Positions 54,627-64,000 of a DNA stretch of 64,000 bases are shown here, in pieces. Both the position numbers and the translations under genes were made by a program. How positions within the stretch are numbered: position 1 is the stretch's first letter; the number at the start of each line of letters is the position of its first letter. The notes beneath the pieces are model-generated. The model saw nothing but the letters and a program-made list of their open reading frames with translations. It had not been told where the DNA came from and searched no databases. Source of the stretch: an uncultured Marinilabiliaceae bacterium (GTDB taxonomy: Bacteria > Bacteroidota > Bacteroidia > Bacteroidales > VadinHA17). The stretch is taken from contig CALOFK010000003.1 of NCBI GenBank assembly GCA_942492595.1, positions 677,554-741,553 on the forward strand, written 5' to 3'.

Positions 54627-55379
54627 ATGATAATAGGGAATAAAACAATATATCATGCTAATGTGTCATCTACAAATGATGTTGCAGCAGAATTAATTAG
54701 TAAGGGCAGAGCTTATGAAGGGATGGTAATTTCTGCCGGTTTTCAGTCGAAGGGAAAGGGTCAGCGTAATAACATATGGGACAGCGAGCCTTTTATGAAT
54801 CTGATTATGAGCGTAATACTTATGCCGGAAAGCATTCTGCCCGAACAGCAGTTTTATATATCAAAGATAGTTTCGCTGGCGATTACAGATGCATTGGAAA
54901 GCTTCTCAGACCAATTCTCAATAAAATGGCCTAATGACATCTACCATGGAAGTGACAAAATAGCAGGTATTTTAATTGAGAATATCATTATCGGAGAAAA
55001 AATTGCGGCCAGCATTGTTGGTGTAGGATTAAATATTAATCAGGAAAATTTTCCTGAAAACATTCCTAATCCGGTCTCACTAACACAGATTACCAAAAAT
55101 AAACACAATGTGCAGGTAATTCTTGATGAAATTTGCAATAAGCTTAATAGCAGGTATGTTTCTCTTAAAGACGGCGACTATTCAGGAATAGATAGTTCAT
55201 ATGAAAGCAGGCTATATCACAGAAATGATGAGTTAGGCTTTATAACAAACGAAGGGCCCTTAAAGGGAAAAATTAAAGGTGTGAATAAACTTGGCCAACT
55301 TATTATTGAGCTGCCAGAAGGAGAAAGCAGAGAATTCTCATTCAAAGAAATAGAGTTTTTAAATACTACCAGGCTGTAA
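54627..55379 (+). CDS. birA: Biotin--[acetyl-CoA-carboxylase] ligase (group I, no N-terminal HTH)
   Basis: 250 aa with the biotin-binding loop FQSKGKGQRNNIWDS (GRGRxGRxW-type) and KWPNDI...KIAGILIE. Confidence 0.88.
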   Translation: MIIGNKTIYHANVSSTNDVAAELISKGRAYEGMVISAGFQSKGKGQRNNIWDSEPFMNLIMSVILMPESILPEQQFYISKIVSLAITDALESFSDQFSIKWPNDIYHGSDKIAGILIENIIIGEKIAASIVGVGLNINQENFPENIPNPVSLTQITKNKHNVQVILDEICNKLNSRYVSLKDGDYSGIDSSYESRLYHRNDELGFITNEGPLKGKIKGVNKLGQLIIELPEGESREFSFKEIEFLNTTRL

Positions 55380-55800
55380 ATTCCTCCATCCCTTTAACAA
55401 GCTTCTCAAGAAAGTCCTTCAAGGGTCCTGAGGCCATCATTTTTATCATGGGCTTAATATCGGCTTTGAGGGTAATCTTTACCCTGGTATCATTATCTGA
55501 CAACTCTTTTAGCTGGACCCATAGCCAGAAATTGGTATTGTTCAGACCATTACCTTCATATTTAAGCTGTATATAAGGCTCACGGTCAACTATTCTGATT
55601 TTGGCTTCCCCAACAGGTGAGACCGAGAAGGAGCAGTTATCTTCTTCTGCAAGCCAGTTATCAACTTTACCTTCGGGTAAAAATTGCTCGAAATTTCGCA
55701 TATCATTCAGGAAGGTATATACAGCTTTGCTGTTACTCTGTATTTTACCGACCCGGCTCTCAAATTTTGATAGATTATCCATATTTACTAAACCCCCCAT
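55366..55800 (-). CDS. Small SRPBCC-like protein of unknown function
   Basis: 144 aa, a compact alpha/beta pattern. The gene overlaps the pyrE stop and the birA end. The fold assignment is tentative. An alternative start is at 55782. Confidence 0.5.
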   Translation of the reverse strand: MGGLVNMDNLSKFESRVGKIQSNSKAVYTFLNDMRNFEQFLPEGKVDNWLAEEDNCSFSVSPVGEAKIRIVDREPYIQLKYEGNGLNNTNFWLWVQLKELSDNDTRVKITLKADIKPMIKMMASGPLKDFLEKLVKGMEEFTAW

Positions 55801-56420
55801 ACCGAAGGATCAATCCTCCATTCCTTAAGCGCACTTAATTCTTCGTTACTTATATATCCCTTTTCAACAGCCAGTTCCGCCAGTGTATCATAGTCGGAAA
55901 GGGTATCTAACTCGCAGGCGGCTTTTTGAAATGCATCAACTGCCTTCTGGAAGCCGTAGGTAAATATTGCCAGCATACCCATAACCTCACACTTTGCTTC
56001 CCTGAGGGCAGATACAGCAGAAAGGCTACTTCCTCCGGTTGAAATAAGATCCTCAATAACAACTACCCTGTCTCCCTCTTTATAGCTACCCTCGATCTGG
56101 TTACCCAGTCCGTGACCTTTTGCAGATGATCTTACATATATAAACGGCAGATTAAGTACATCGGCTACCAGCATCCCTATTGCAATTGCACCTGTAGCAA
56201 CGCCTGCTATAAGGTCGACTTCGGGGTATTTATCTCTTATTTTGAGGGCAAAGACATCCCTTATATAGTTTCTCACTTCAGGGTATGATAGTGTTTTCCT
56301 GTTATCACAGTAAATTGGAGATTTCCAACCAGAAGCCCAGGTAAAAGGATTTGACGGCTCTAATTTTATTGCTTTAATTTGTAGGAGGTATTCAGCAACC
56401 ATTTTTGAGTTATTGTTCAT
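55788..56420 (-). CDS. pyrE: Orotate phosphoribosyltransferase
   Basis: It has the PRPP-binding motif RVVVIEDLISTGGSS and FTWASGWKSPIYCDNR. Confidence 0.95.
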   Translation of the reverse strand: MNNNSKMVAEYLLQIKAIKLEPSNPFTWASGWKSPIYCDNRKTLSYPEVRNYIRDVFALKIRDKYPEVDLIAGVATGAIAIGMLVADVLNLPFIYVRSSAKGHGLGNQIEGSYKEGDRVVVIEDLISTGGSSLSAVSALREAKCEVMGMLAIFTYGFQKAVDAFQKAACELDTLSDYDTLAELAVEKGYISNEELSALKEWRIDPSVWGV

Positions 56421-56427
56421 AGCAGAA

Positions 56428-57051
56428 ATGTATAAAATTTATTTAGATAACAGGTTTATTATTCTTAGCAGTCAACCCGACCATAGGCAAAATTACTGCT
56501 TATTACATAAATACAATAATCAGGAAGCACTTTCTGAGCAAATATCTGCTTTCCTGTCGGACGAGAGTATTAATTTTCTTAATATATATTCGGCCGATAT
56601 AGAGTCACTCTGGCAATCTTTCAAGGAGATATTTCATTTTCTCGAAGCTTCAGGTGGCATCGTTAAAGACAATAAGGGAAACCTGCTGCTAATAAAGAGA
56701 TATAAAAGATGGGATGCTCCGAAAGGTCATTTTGAACCATGTGAGACTCCAGAATTATGTGCCCGAAGGGAAATAAAAGAAGAATGTGGAATTGTGTGTG
56801 GCAATACTATTGCAGAGTTGTCGCCAACTTACCATGTTTATAAATTCAGGGAGGAATACTACCTTAAGAAAACATACTGGTTTCTATTTGACTATTCAGG
56901 TAATGGAAAAACCATACCCCAGCAGGAAGAGGGTATTACTCAGGCAGACTGGATTAAAAGGGATTCAATCGACGATATTATTAAAGATATGTGGCATTCG
57001 ATAAGGGATGTGCTTTCAGAAGTTATTGAAAAGCATATATCTTACAAATAA
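56428..57051 (+). CDS. NUDIX hydrolase
   Basis: The Nudix box is GHFEPCETPELCARREIKEECG. The ATG at 56428 avoids overlap with the divergent pyrE start; the track uses the TTG at 56413. Confidence 0.85.
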   Translation: MYKIYLDNRFIILSSQPDHRQNYCLLHKYNNQEALSEQISAFLSDESINFLNIYSADIESLWQSFKEIFHFLEASGGIVKDNKGNLLLIKRYKRWDAPKGHFEPCETPELCARREIKEECGIVCGNTIAELSPTYHVYKFREEYYLKKTYWFLFDYSGNGKTIPQQEEGITQADWIKRDSIDDIIKDMWHSIRDVLSEVIEKHISYK

Positions 57052-57518
57052 TCATCAATATTTATTCCTTTGGGAATAAAAGGAGATGCATCTCCACCAT
57101 TCCTGATAACATCTCTTACAATAGTTGAATTAATCGGTGTAAGTTCGGGAGTTGTAAGAAGCATTATTGTATCCAGATCAGGATACATTGCCTTATTCAT
57201 CTGTGCTATTGCTCTTTCATACTCAAAGTCAGCCGCTGTTCTTATTCCACGAAGAATATATCTCGCACTTTTCTCCCTGGCAAAATCTACAGTAAGTCCC
57301 TTATAATGTTCAACCTTTATCATTGGATAGCTATTAAAAATATCCCTGATCATTTTCTCCCTGTTAGCTAGTGAAAAAAAGCCATCTTTAAGTGCATTCG
57401 GACCTATAGCAATTATAATCTCATCAAACAGACCCAGTGCCCTTTTAATAATAGATTCATGTCCAAGGGTAAACGGATCAAAAGATCCGGGAAACAAAGC
57501 AATTCTTTTATCAGTCAT
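57042..57518 (-). CDS. coaD: Pantetheine-phosphate adenylyltransferase
   Basis: It has FPGSFDPFTLGH (T/HxGH nucleotidyltransferase motif) and ISSTIVR-like NSTIVRD. The ATG is at 57518. Confidence 0.93.
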   Translation of the reverse strand: MTDKRIALFPGSFDPFTLGHESIIKRALGLFDEIIIAIGPNALKDGFFSLANREKMIRDIFNSYPMIKVEHYKGLTVDFAREKSARYILRGIRTAADFEYERAIAQMNKAMYPDLDTIMLLTTPELTPINSTIVRDVIRNGGDASPFIPKGINIDDYL

Positions 57519-57535
57519 ATCTTTCTGTATTATTA

Positions 57536-59755
57536 TCAAACTATTTCCTTATCCTCATTTGCATTAACGAAAAGGATATTCCCCAGGTCCTTATATCCTT
57601 CGAAAGTTTCAGTCCCATATTGTTTTAATTCATTCCCAGTAAACCCAATTATTGTAAGATCTGCATCGGTAGAGTATTTACAAATAATATCATGCATATC
57701 CTCATCAGCGTCAACCAGCTGAATATTAGAGGCAGATATTGGCAGTCGGCCCGATTTAATAAGCTCGAGGAGCTGCTCTTTCTTTTTCTCCAGCAGGTGT
57801 ACTTTAACAGAGGCAAAAATCTTAATTTCGCCACCATTCCAGTCGGGATGACCCAGGATAATATATGCCATAAGGATCATCAGGTTTGAATTTTCAAAAT
57901 CGTTCGGGCTTATCCATACATGTATTTCTTTCCTGTATCCAAATCCTTTATAAGAGGTACTTAACACACAGGTATCAAAGCCTGTTGAACTTATCAGGTC
58001 ATAATTTTTAAGAGGTTCTTTCAGTTTTTCTTGCTCCGTCCTGGAAAACTCAAATAATATCATATTATTACCCTTACCTGAGATTCCTGATAACTGAATT
58101 ACCTGAGCAATGGCCGTTGTGTAAGACGGGCTTATAATAGTATCGACATAGACCCTGCTTTTACTGCCTGCAGTAAGATTAAGTAATTTACGTACAGACT
58201 CCTTCGATTCCCTGTTTGTTTCCTGATTAAGCAGACCTTTAATATAATGTATATATGTTCCAAACCCGTGCCTGTATGAAATCCAGCGAAGCAGATCAAA
58301 AGCTGTTCGTCTCTTAAATGAATCGGCCGAAATACAAATTGCAAAAGGCCGCCAGGAAGAGTTCAGATCCTCCTTATCGGCTCTCTGGGCAAAAACTTGC
58401 AACTGTCTGCTTAGCTGGAATATAACTCCGCGGAATAATTTGGCAAGTCCTTTTCTTTCCCTTCCTGTTTTGCTAATCATCCAATAAAAGAAGCCCATCA
58501 GCATTAAGGCTATAATGGCGTAAGGAGTATTCATCTTAAACATAAGCCAGATAGACAGAACAGCCCCTACAAGAGAAATATACCATCGGGATTTAAAGGT
58601 AGGCCGGTAGGACGGATCGGCAGCAAAATGTTCCAGTACGGAAATAATACAGATGGCACCATAGGTAACCATAAAGAACATTGAAATAATCTGGGCTACA
58701 AAATTAATATCCCCAACCAGAATAAAGGCAAAGGCAATCAGTATAGTAACGAGTGAAGAATTTATTGGTTCGTTAGAGCCCTTTTTACCCTTAGCAAACC
58801 ATCGGCTTATTATTTTAGAAGGAAATATCCTGTCATTTCCCAGTGCCTGGAGCGTACGCGGTCCAACCATAATCGACCCGAGGGCGGATGAGAGTGATGC
58901 TGCTGCCAATCCAATGGGTATTATTGGGCCCCACAGTGCAATCCGGCTCATTATAAGCTGATCATTTCCAAGATCTTCGGGTGTTGCTGAGATAACAAGT
59001 TTATAAGCAACCGCGATATAAATAAAAAAACCGGCCGCAGTTGCAAGGAGGGTTCCCCTTGGAATAGATTTCTGAGGTTCCTTGAGGTCGCCCGACAAGC
59101 CCAGCCCAGCAGCAAGGCCCGTAAAAGCAGGAAAGACAATCATAAATACATAAAAGAAGCTATCGGGGTTTGCAACTCTCTCTCCAAGGTTAACTACTTC
59201 CGGGGGAGCCTGACCTTTCCCTGCAAAGAAAAAAGCAAGTGAAGTAAAAAGAAGAGCTACTACAACATAGAGGAACTTCATCCCAAGGTTTGCCCCACGT
59301 GTAAGGAAGAGTATTGACAGAAGAAGCATAGTGGGGATAGAAATCCATCTTTTATCGGGGATAACTATATCCCATCTATTGGACAAAAAACTTATCAGGG
59401 GGTCAAATGCCTCAGCGAAGGCAATAATATAGAAAGCTACGCTTATTGCCTGCGAAAGATAGAGAGCCAGGCCGATAGACGCTCCTATATTAATACCAAA
59501 TGATCTGGATATAATATAATATGCCCCTCCTCCTCTCACCTTCTGGTTGGTTGCAATTTCGGCAACAGCCATAGCTGTTGGAAAGGTAACCAGGTGACCC
59601 AGCAATATAATTCCGATAACACCAATAAAACCAACATTTCCAACTGCATACCCAAACCTCAGGAAAAGTATTGCTCCCAGGATAGTGGAAATGGCGGTCA
59701 TAAAGACCGGCATTGTACCAAAGTTGGCCTTTTGTTCTGATATCAGACGTGGCAT
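57536..59755 (-). CDS. APC-superfamily transporter of the cation-chloride cotransporter (SLC12-like) type with large cytoplasmic C-terminal domain
   Basis: 739 aa. The N-terminal ~470 aa have ~12 TMs with an amino-acid-permease-like pattern (GAILFLRFGY, GDLKEPQKSIPRGT). The C-terminal ~270 aa form a soluble domain, as in prokaryotic CCC homologues. Confidence 0.75.
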   Translation of the reverse strand: MPRLISEQKANFGTMPVFMTAISTILGAILFLRFGYAVGNVGFIGVIGIILLGHLVTFPTAMAVAEIATNQKVRGGGAYYIISRSFGINIGASIGLALYLSQAISVAFYIIAFAEAFDPLISFLSNRWDIVIPDKRWISIPTMLLLSILFLTRGANLGMKFLYVVVALLFTSLAFFFAGKGQAPPEVVNLGERVANPDSFFYVFMIVFPAFTGLAAGLGLSGDLKEPQKSIPRGTLLATAAGFFIYIAVAYKLVISATPEDLGNDQLIMSRIALWGPIIPIGLAAASLSSALGSIMVGPRTLQALGNDRIFPSKIISRWFAKGKKGSNEPINSSLVTILIAFAFILVGDINFVAQIISMFFMVTYGAICIISVLEHFAADPSYRPTFKSRWYISLVGAVLSIWLMFKMNTPYAIIALMLMGFFYWMISKTGRERKGLAKLFRGVIFQLSRQLQVFAQRADKEDLNSSWRPFAICISADSFKRRTAFDLLRWISYRHGFGTYIHYIKGLLNQETNRESKESVRKLLNLTAGSKSRVYVDTIISPSYTTAIAQVIQLSGISGKGNNMILFEFSRTEQEKLKEPLKNYDLISSTGFDTCVLSTSYKGFGYRKEIHVWISPNDFENSNLMILMAYIILGHPDWNGGEIKIFASVKVHLLEKKKEQLLELIKSGRLPISASNIQLVDADEDMHDIICKYSTDADLTIIGFTGNELKQYGTETFEGYKDLGNILFVNANEDKEIV

Positions 59756-59765
59756 ATTGCCGAAT

Positions 59766-62222
59766 TTATATTATTGTCTTAGGATTATTGACTTTCTGTT
59801 TAAGCAGAGCCAGGTCCAGTACATCCATAATCGTTTTGACATAGCTAAATTTGAGTCCTTTCAGATAAAGGTCGTTAATTTCTTCAACATTTTTTCTGTT
59901 TTCCTCAGAAAGTATAATCTCCTTTATTCCTGCTCTTCTTGCTGCAAGTATCTTTTCTTTTATTCCCCCAACCGGCAACACTTTCCCTCTTAGAGTTATT
60001 TCGCCCGTCATAGCAATAAATTTCTTAACCTTGCGCTGCGTAAATGCCGATGCTATTGACGTAGCCATAGTGACTCCTGCCGAGGGTCCGTCTTTTGGTA
60101 TCGCTCCTTCCGGAACATGTACATGTACGTTCCACTTATCAGAAAAAGTATCGGGCAGATCGAGAACGGTGGTGTTAGCTTTAAGGTATTCAAGAGCAAT
60201 AATGGCAGATTCTTTCATCACCTCACCCAGGTTACCGGTTAGTGTTAATTTACCTGAACCTTTGCTAAGGCTGGTTTCGACAAAAAGAATTACTCCCCCC
60301 ACTGCTGTCCATGCCAATCCTGTAACTACCCCAGCTTGCTCATTACCAGCATATTGATCTCTGGTATACCTGGGCGGCCCCAGTACCTTAAATAAGCTTT
60401 CTTTAGAGATTACAGGATTTATATCCTTCTCAAAAGCAATTTCTTTAGCATTGCTTCGCACAAGTTTAGCCAGTCTCTTATCAAGTTCCCGTACTCCCGA
60501 CTCCCTTGTATATTTATCAATAAGTTCAGATATAACAGGCTTACCAATCTTAAACTGCGGCTTCCTTACTCCATGATCACTCAGCTGTTTTGGGATAAGG
60601 TGTCTTCGTGCGATTTCTATTTTTTCTTCCAGCAGGTAACCATTTATTTCGATTAGCTCCATTCTGTCTTTAAGTGCAGGGCTAATTGTATTTAACATAT
60701 TTGCCGTTGCAATAAATAAGACTTTAGAAAGGTCATAGTCAAGATCGAGGAAATTATCATGAAAGGCACTATTTTGTTCCGGGTCCAGAACCTCAAGAAG
60801 TGCTGAAGAAGGGTCGCCCCTGAAATCCTGTCCAACCTTATCTATTTCGTCAAGTATAAAAACAGGGTTTGAGGTCCCTGCCTTCTTTATATTCTGAAGT
60901 ATTCTGCCGGGCATAGCACCAATATAGGTTTTTCGGTGACCTCTTATTTCTGCCTCATCATGAAGGCCTCCCAACGACACTCTTACGTATTTCCTTCCAA
61001 GGGCCTCGGCAATTGACTTGCCAAGGGATGTTTTACCGACTCCCGGAGGTCCGTGAAGACAAATAATTGGTGACTTAAGGTCGCCCTTAAGCTTAATAAC
61101 AGCAAGGTGCTCAAGTATTCTTTCCTTAACTTCCTCCAGACCGTAATGATCACTATTCAAAACCTTCCTGGCGTGTTCAAGGTCAAGATTATCGCTGGTA
61201 TACTCACCCCATGGTAAATCGACCAGTGTCTGTATATAGTTCATCTGAACTGAATATTCAGCCGCTGCGGGGTTAAGTCTCTGAAGCTTATCAAGTTCCT
61301 TTTCGAAGGTCTCAGCTACAATCTCATCCCATTTTTTATTTTCAGCTTTCTTTCTGAATTCCGCTATCTCTTTTTCATGCGGATTATCACCCAGCTCATT
61401 CTGGATTGTTTTCATCTGCTGAAGAAGCAGGAATTCTCTCTGCTGCTGATCGAGGTCGCTCTTAACTTTAGACTGAAGTTCGTTTTTCAGTTCGAGCAAC
61501 TGCATCTCCTGTACTAGAAATTCCAGAAGCATAATACCTCTGTCGTATAATGAATTAACTTCCAGCAGGCTTTGCTTGTCTTTAAGACCTACATTAGTGT
61601 TTGAGCAAATAAAATTTATAAGGTAGGTCTTGTTTTCAATATTCTTAATTGCAAAAGATGCATCCTGCGATATTGTAGGGTTTATTTTTATTATTCTCAG
61701 CGACATATCCTTGAGAGAACCCACGATGGCTTCAAAATCTTTGGATTTATCATCAGGAAAAATATCCTCACGTAATTTAATTTTCGAAATAATATAAGGC
61801 TTGTCTGTAAGCTGCTCGGTAAGCTCGATACGTCTTTTACCCTGAATAATTGCAGTAGTAGAGCCATCAGGCATCTCCAGCAGCTTAACGATCTGGCCTA
61901 TTGTACCTATCTTATGAAGATCATCAAATCCAGGATCGTCAACCTCAGGATCTTTTTGAGCAACTGTTCCAACAATCCTGTTGCCGTTATAAACATCCCT
62001 GATTAGCTTAACACTTTTAGGGCGTCCAATTGATATAGGCAATACAACTCCAGGAAAGAGAACGTTGTTCCTGAGTGAAAGTATTGGCAGCTCACCCGGG
62101 AATTCATCTTCAGTCATATCAGTGTCATCACCATCTGCTATAATAGGAATTATCTCACCATCATCATCCATCATCTCATTAAGCCCATAGAGGTCCAGAG
62201 ATTTCTCAAGTTTACTTTTCAT
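59766..62222 (-). CDS. lon: ATP-dependent Lon protease (LonA, endopeptidase La)
   Basis: It has an N-terminal LON substrate-binding domain and Walker A GPPGVGKTS. The proteolytic Ser lies in KDGPSAGVTM and the Lys in GGIKEKILAA. Confidence 0.97.
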   Translation of the reverse strand: MKSKLEKSLDLYGLNEMMDDDGEIIPIIADGDDTDMTEDEFPGELPILSLRNNVLFPGVVLPISIGRPKSVKLIRDVYNGNRIVGTVAQKDPEVDDPGFDDLHKIGTIGQIVKLLEMPDGSTTAIIQGKRRIELTEQLTDKPYIISKIKLREDIFPDDKSKDFEAIVGSLKDMSLRIIKINPTISQDASFAIKNIENKTYLINFICSNTNVGLKDKQSLLEVNSLYDRGIMLLEFLVQEMQLLELKNELQSKVKSDLDQQQREFLLLQQMKTIQNELGDNPHEKEIAEFRKKAENKKWDEIVAETFEKELDKLQRLNPAAAEYSVQMNYIQTLVDLPWGEYTSDNLDLEHARKVLNSDHYGLEEVKERILEHLAVIKLKGDLKSPIICLHGPPGVGKTSLGKSIAEALGRKYVRVSLGGLHDEAEIRGHRKTYIGAMPGRILQNIKKAGTSNPVFILDEIDKVGQDFRGDPSSALLEVLDPEQNSAFHDNFLDLDYDLSKVLFIATANMLNTISPALKDRMELIEINGYLLEEKIEIARRHLIPKQLSDHGVRKPQFKIGKPVISELIDKYTRESGVRELDKRLAKLVRSNAKEIAFEKDINPVISKESLFKVLGPPRYTRDQYAGNEQAGVVTGLAWTAVGGVILFVETSLSKGSGKLTLTGNLGEVMKESAIIALEYLKANTTVLDLPDTFSDKWNVHVHVPEGAIPKDGPSAGVTMATSIASAFTQRKVKKFIAMTGEITLRGKVLPVGGIKEKILAARRAGIKEIILSEENRKNVEEINDLYLKGLKFSYVKTIMDVLDLALLKQKVNNPKTII

Positions 62223-62295
62223 ACGATCTGATCTAATATGCCAAAATTACATATAGTTTTACAAAAACCATTCATTTATCTAACACACTGATTAA

Positions 62296-62311
62296 AGCAA
62301 TTGTTGTGCCA
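62296..62311 (-). promoter_or_regulatory. Sigma-54-type -24/-12 promoter element upstream of lon
   Basis: The minus strand reads TGGCAC(62311-06)-AACAA-TTGCT(62300-296), a perfect match to TGGCAC-N5-TTGCW. It is 74 nt upstream of the lon ATG at 62222 and downstream of the L31 terminator. Confidence 0.6.
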
Positions 62312-62384
62312 TCAGCTTATCTACCTGATAAACTATAAATTAAAAGAAATTGGCAGGACAATATGACCTGCTATATCAAATAGA

Positions 62385-62417
62385 ATAAAATAAAAAAAGC
62401 CCCATTAAATGAGGCTT
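62385..62417 (-). terminator. Rho-independent terminator after the L31 gene
   Basis: The minus strand reads AGCCUCA-UUUAA-UGGGGCU (7 bp including one G-U) followed by UUUUUUUAUUUU. Confidence 0.7.
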
Positions 62418-62441
62418 CCTGTTTTCAAACAATAACTCTTA

Positions 62442-62702
62442 TTATTTCTTCGATCCGTGGTTTTTATACCTGTTCATAAATTTATCAACCCTACCGGCTG
62501 TGTCTACAAGCTTCATCTTTCCAGTGTAAAAAGGATGGGATGTGTTTGATATCTCAAGCTTTATAAGGGGATACTCTTTACCGTCATCCCACTTAACTGT
62601 CTCTTTTGAAGGCGCAGTTGACCTGGTAAGAAATGAAGTATCATTTGACATGTCCTTAAAGACAACAAATCTGTAATTATCAGGATGTATATTCTCTTTC
62701 AT
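62442..62702 (-). CDS. rpmE2: 50S ribosomal protein L31, type B (zinc-independent)
   Basis: It has [17 protein letters not shown]...HPFYTGK with no CxxC zinc motif. The true start is the internal ATG at 62702; the track ORF begins 14 codons upstream. Confidence 0.92.
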   Translation of the reverse strand: MKENIHPDNYRFVVFKDMSNDTSFLTRSTAPSKETVKWDDGKEYPLIKLEISNTSHPFYTGKMKLVDTAGRVDKFMNRYKNHGSKK

Positions 62703-62810
62703 CTCTCTTCTTTTTTTTAATCCGTTCACCACTATTTTGGGCATGCAAAATTAACTAACATATTTTAATTTGCAAAGATATCCCAATAAATTTAAGGTCC
62801 CGGGATAATA

Positions 62811-64000
62811 TTATTCGCTATCGACCTTCTCTGGCAGTTCGTCTTTATACCTTATAAAAGGCAAATTTCTGTCTACCAGGTATCTGTATGTTGTATGAAC
62901 CTTGTATTTCTGAGCACCAATAGCCTCATATATTGAGATCATTTTGGGATTGAAATCGCCTACCCAGGAAAGCTCCAGTTCTTTATAATGACGTTTCTTC
63001 TGAAAAACATTGTAAAGTTGAAGGAAGATTGCAGATTCGACTCCACTGTTCTGGTATTTTGGATGAACGCCTGCGGCTGATGCCCTTAGCCTTGTCATTG
63101 CCTTTCTTTTTTTCAATACAATAAACCTTGTAATGTCGAAGGCATTCATTCTTCCGTTAAAATGCTGTAAAATCTGGTTCAGATCGGGATATAGAATAAA
63201 AAATGCTATAGGTTCATCATTATGATAGGCAAACCATACAAGTTCTTCATCTAGAAAGGCCTTGCTTTTTCTAATCATATCATAGAGTGCAGAACCATCC
63301 AGAGGTGTAAAGTCATCCTTAAACTCAGCCCATGTAGCATTGTATATTTTCACTACATCGTCTACATATTTTGAAGCAGAGGCAAACCTGAAATGTTCGA
63401 AACTATATCCCGGCCGTTTTGATATCCACTCTGCTATCCTCATAAACCTCTCAGGAAAGACCTCAACAGCGGCGATATCTTTCAGATAACTATACTGATC
63501 GAAATAATTCTGAAAGCCATATCTTTCAAAAAAGTCCTTGTAGTACTTCATATGGTAAGGCATTCCATAGGTGGGCGGCATATCATAGCCCTCTATCAGC
63601 AATCCCCAGTTGGAGTCATTTTCGCCAAAGTTAATTGGTCCGTCGATAGCCTCTATACCTCTTTCAACCAGCCACTCACGGGCAATATCAAATAATTTCT
63701 CAGCTACCGTATAATCATCAATTACCTCGAAATAGCCAATTCCTCCGGTAGGGTACTTATATACATCACGTCTGACAACATCAATAAAAGCAGCTATTCG
63801 TCCGATTACCCTGCCCTTATTATCCTTAATTATCCATCTGATAGCTTCTCCCTTACTAAATGCTGCATTTTTTTTAGGATCAAATACAGCTTCGGTTTCG
63901 CTGTCAAGGGGTGATATCCAGAACTTTTTGCCCCGGTAAAGATCCCTTTGGAAATCGTTAAACTCTTTTTTATGATTACCTGTGATTACTTCAACAACAC
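62811..64000 (-). CDS. Conserved hypothetical protein, possibly GNAT-fold acyltransferase; 5' end beyond the window
   Basis: The reading frame stays open from 63602 to the window edge, with upstream residues ...GIGYFEVIDDYTVAEKLFDIAREWLVERGIEAIDGPINFGENDSNWG. The TTG at 63602 is therefore an ORF-caller artefact. The C-terminal part has a GNAT-like RASAAGVHPKYQNSGVES pattern. Confidence 0.6.
   Translation of the reverse strand, partial: VVEVITGNHKKEFNDFQRDLYRGKKFWISPLDSETEAVFDPKKNAAFSKGEAIRWIIKDNKGRVIGRIAAFIDVVRRDVYKYPTGGIGYFEVIDDYTVAEKLFDIAREWLVERGIEAIDGPINFGENDSNWGLLIEGYDMPPTYGMPYHMKYYKDFFERYGFQNYFDQYSYLKDIAAVEVFPERFMRIAEWISKRPGYSFEHFRFASASKYVDDVVKIYNATWAEFKDDFTPLDGSALYDMIRKSKAFLDEELVWFAYHNDEPIAFFILYPDLNQILQHFNGRMNAFDITRFIVLKKRKAMTRLRASAAGVHPKYQNSGVESAIFLQLYNVFQKKRHYKELELSWVGDFNPKMISIYEAIGAQKYKVHTTYRYLVDRNLPFIRYKDELPEKVDSE

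Noticed and set aside
62811-63602. TTG at 63602 as the start of the last gene
   Set aside because: The frame remains open with protein-like sequence to the window edge. The TTG is simply the first permitted start codon inside a truncated ORF, so the gene is reported as 5'-partial instead.
1-64000. Search for tRNA, rRNA, tmRNA, SRP RNA, mobile elements and defence systems
   Set aside because: No spacer contains cloverleaf hallmarks (GTTCGAATC-type T-arm) or recognisable conserved RNA cores other than the TPP riboswitch. No ORF resembles a transposase, integrase, restriction enzyme, Cas protein or toxin-antitoxin pair.

Overview
This is an AT-rich chromosomal segment with the gene content and synteny of an anaerobic Bacteroidota (Bacteroidia-like) genome. 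Supporting features are a T9SS type-B C-terminal sorting domain, DUF4290-murA, parA-parB-DUF5683-lytic transglycosylase, a TPP-riboswitch TonB receptor-pnuC-TPK operon, hydF and a flavodiiron protein. I call about 58 protein-coding genes, nearly all intact and tightly packed; both window edges cut genes. I found no rRNA, tRNA, CRISPR array, transposase, integrase or recognisable defence island. RNA and regulatory calls are one clear TPP (THI-box) riboswitch, several rho-independent terminators, a probable ECF-type promoter and a family of short G/T-rich (C/A-rich on the other strand) tandem repeats confined to intergenic spacers. The most interesting signal is regulatory rather than a gene cassette. 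Canonical sigma-54 (RpoN) -24/-12 elements (TGGCAC-N5-TTGC or near variants) sit in the correct orientation 35-90 nt upstream of four proteostasis transcription units: grpE-dnaJ, hsp20, lon-(CCC transporter)-coaD and rsfS-ftsH-cdsA-psd-FDP. I saw none in front of other genes. The window also encodes an orphan NtrC-type enhancer-binding protein that ends right after its AAA+ domain, with no DNA-binding HTH. Together these suggest an RpoN-dependent heat-shock/proteostasis regulon; this is inference and needs genome-wide and experimental checks. Secondary points are an SGNH-MBOAT fusion O-acyltransferase next to a LysM lytic transglycosylase, a PII-like small protein closing an RND efflux operon, a polytopic membrane LuxR-type regulator, MurA with Asp at the fosfomycin-target position, and glutaminyl cyclase together with Gln at +1 of most predicted signal peptides.
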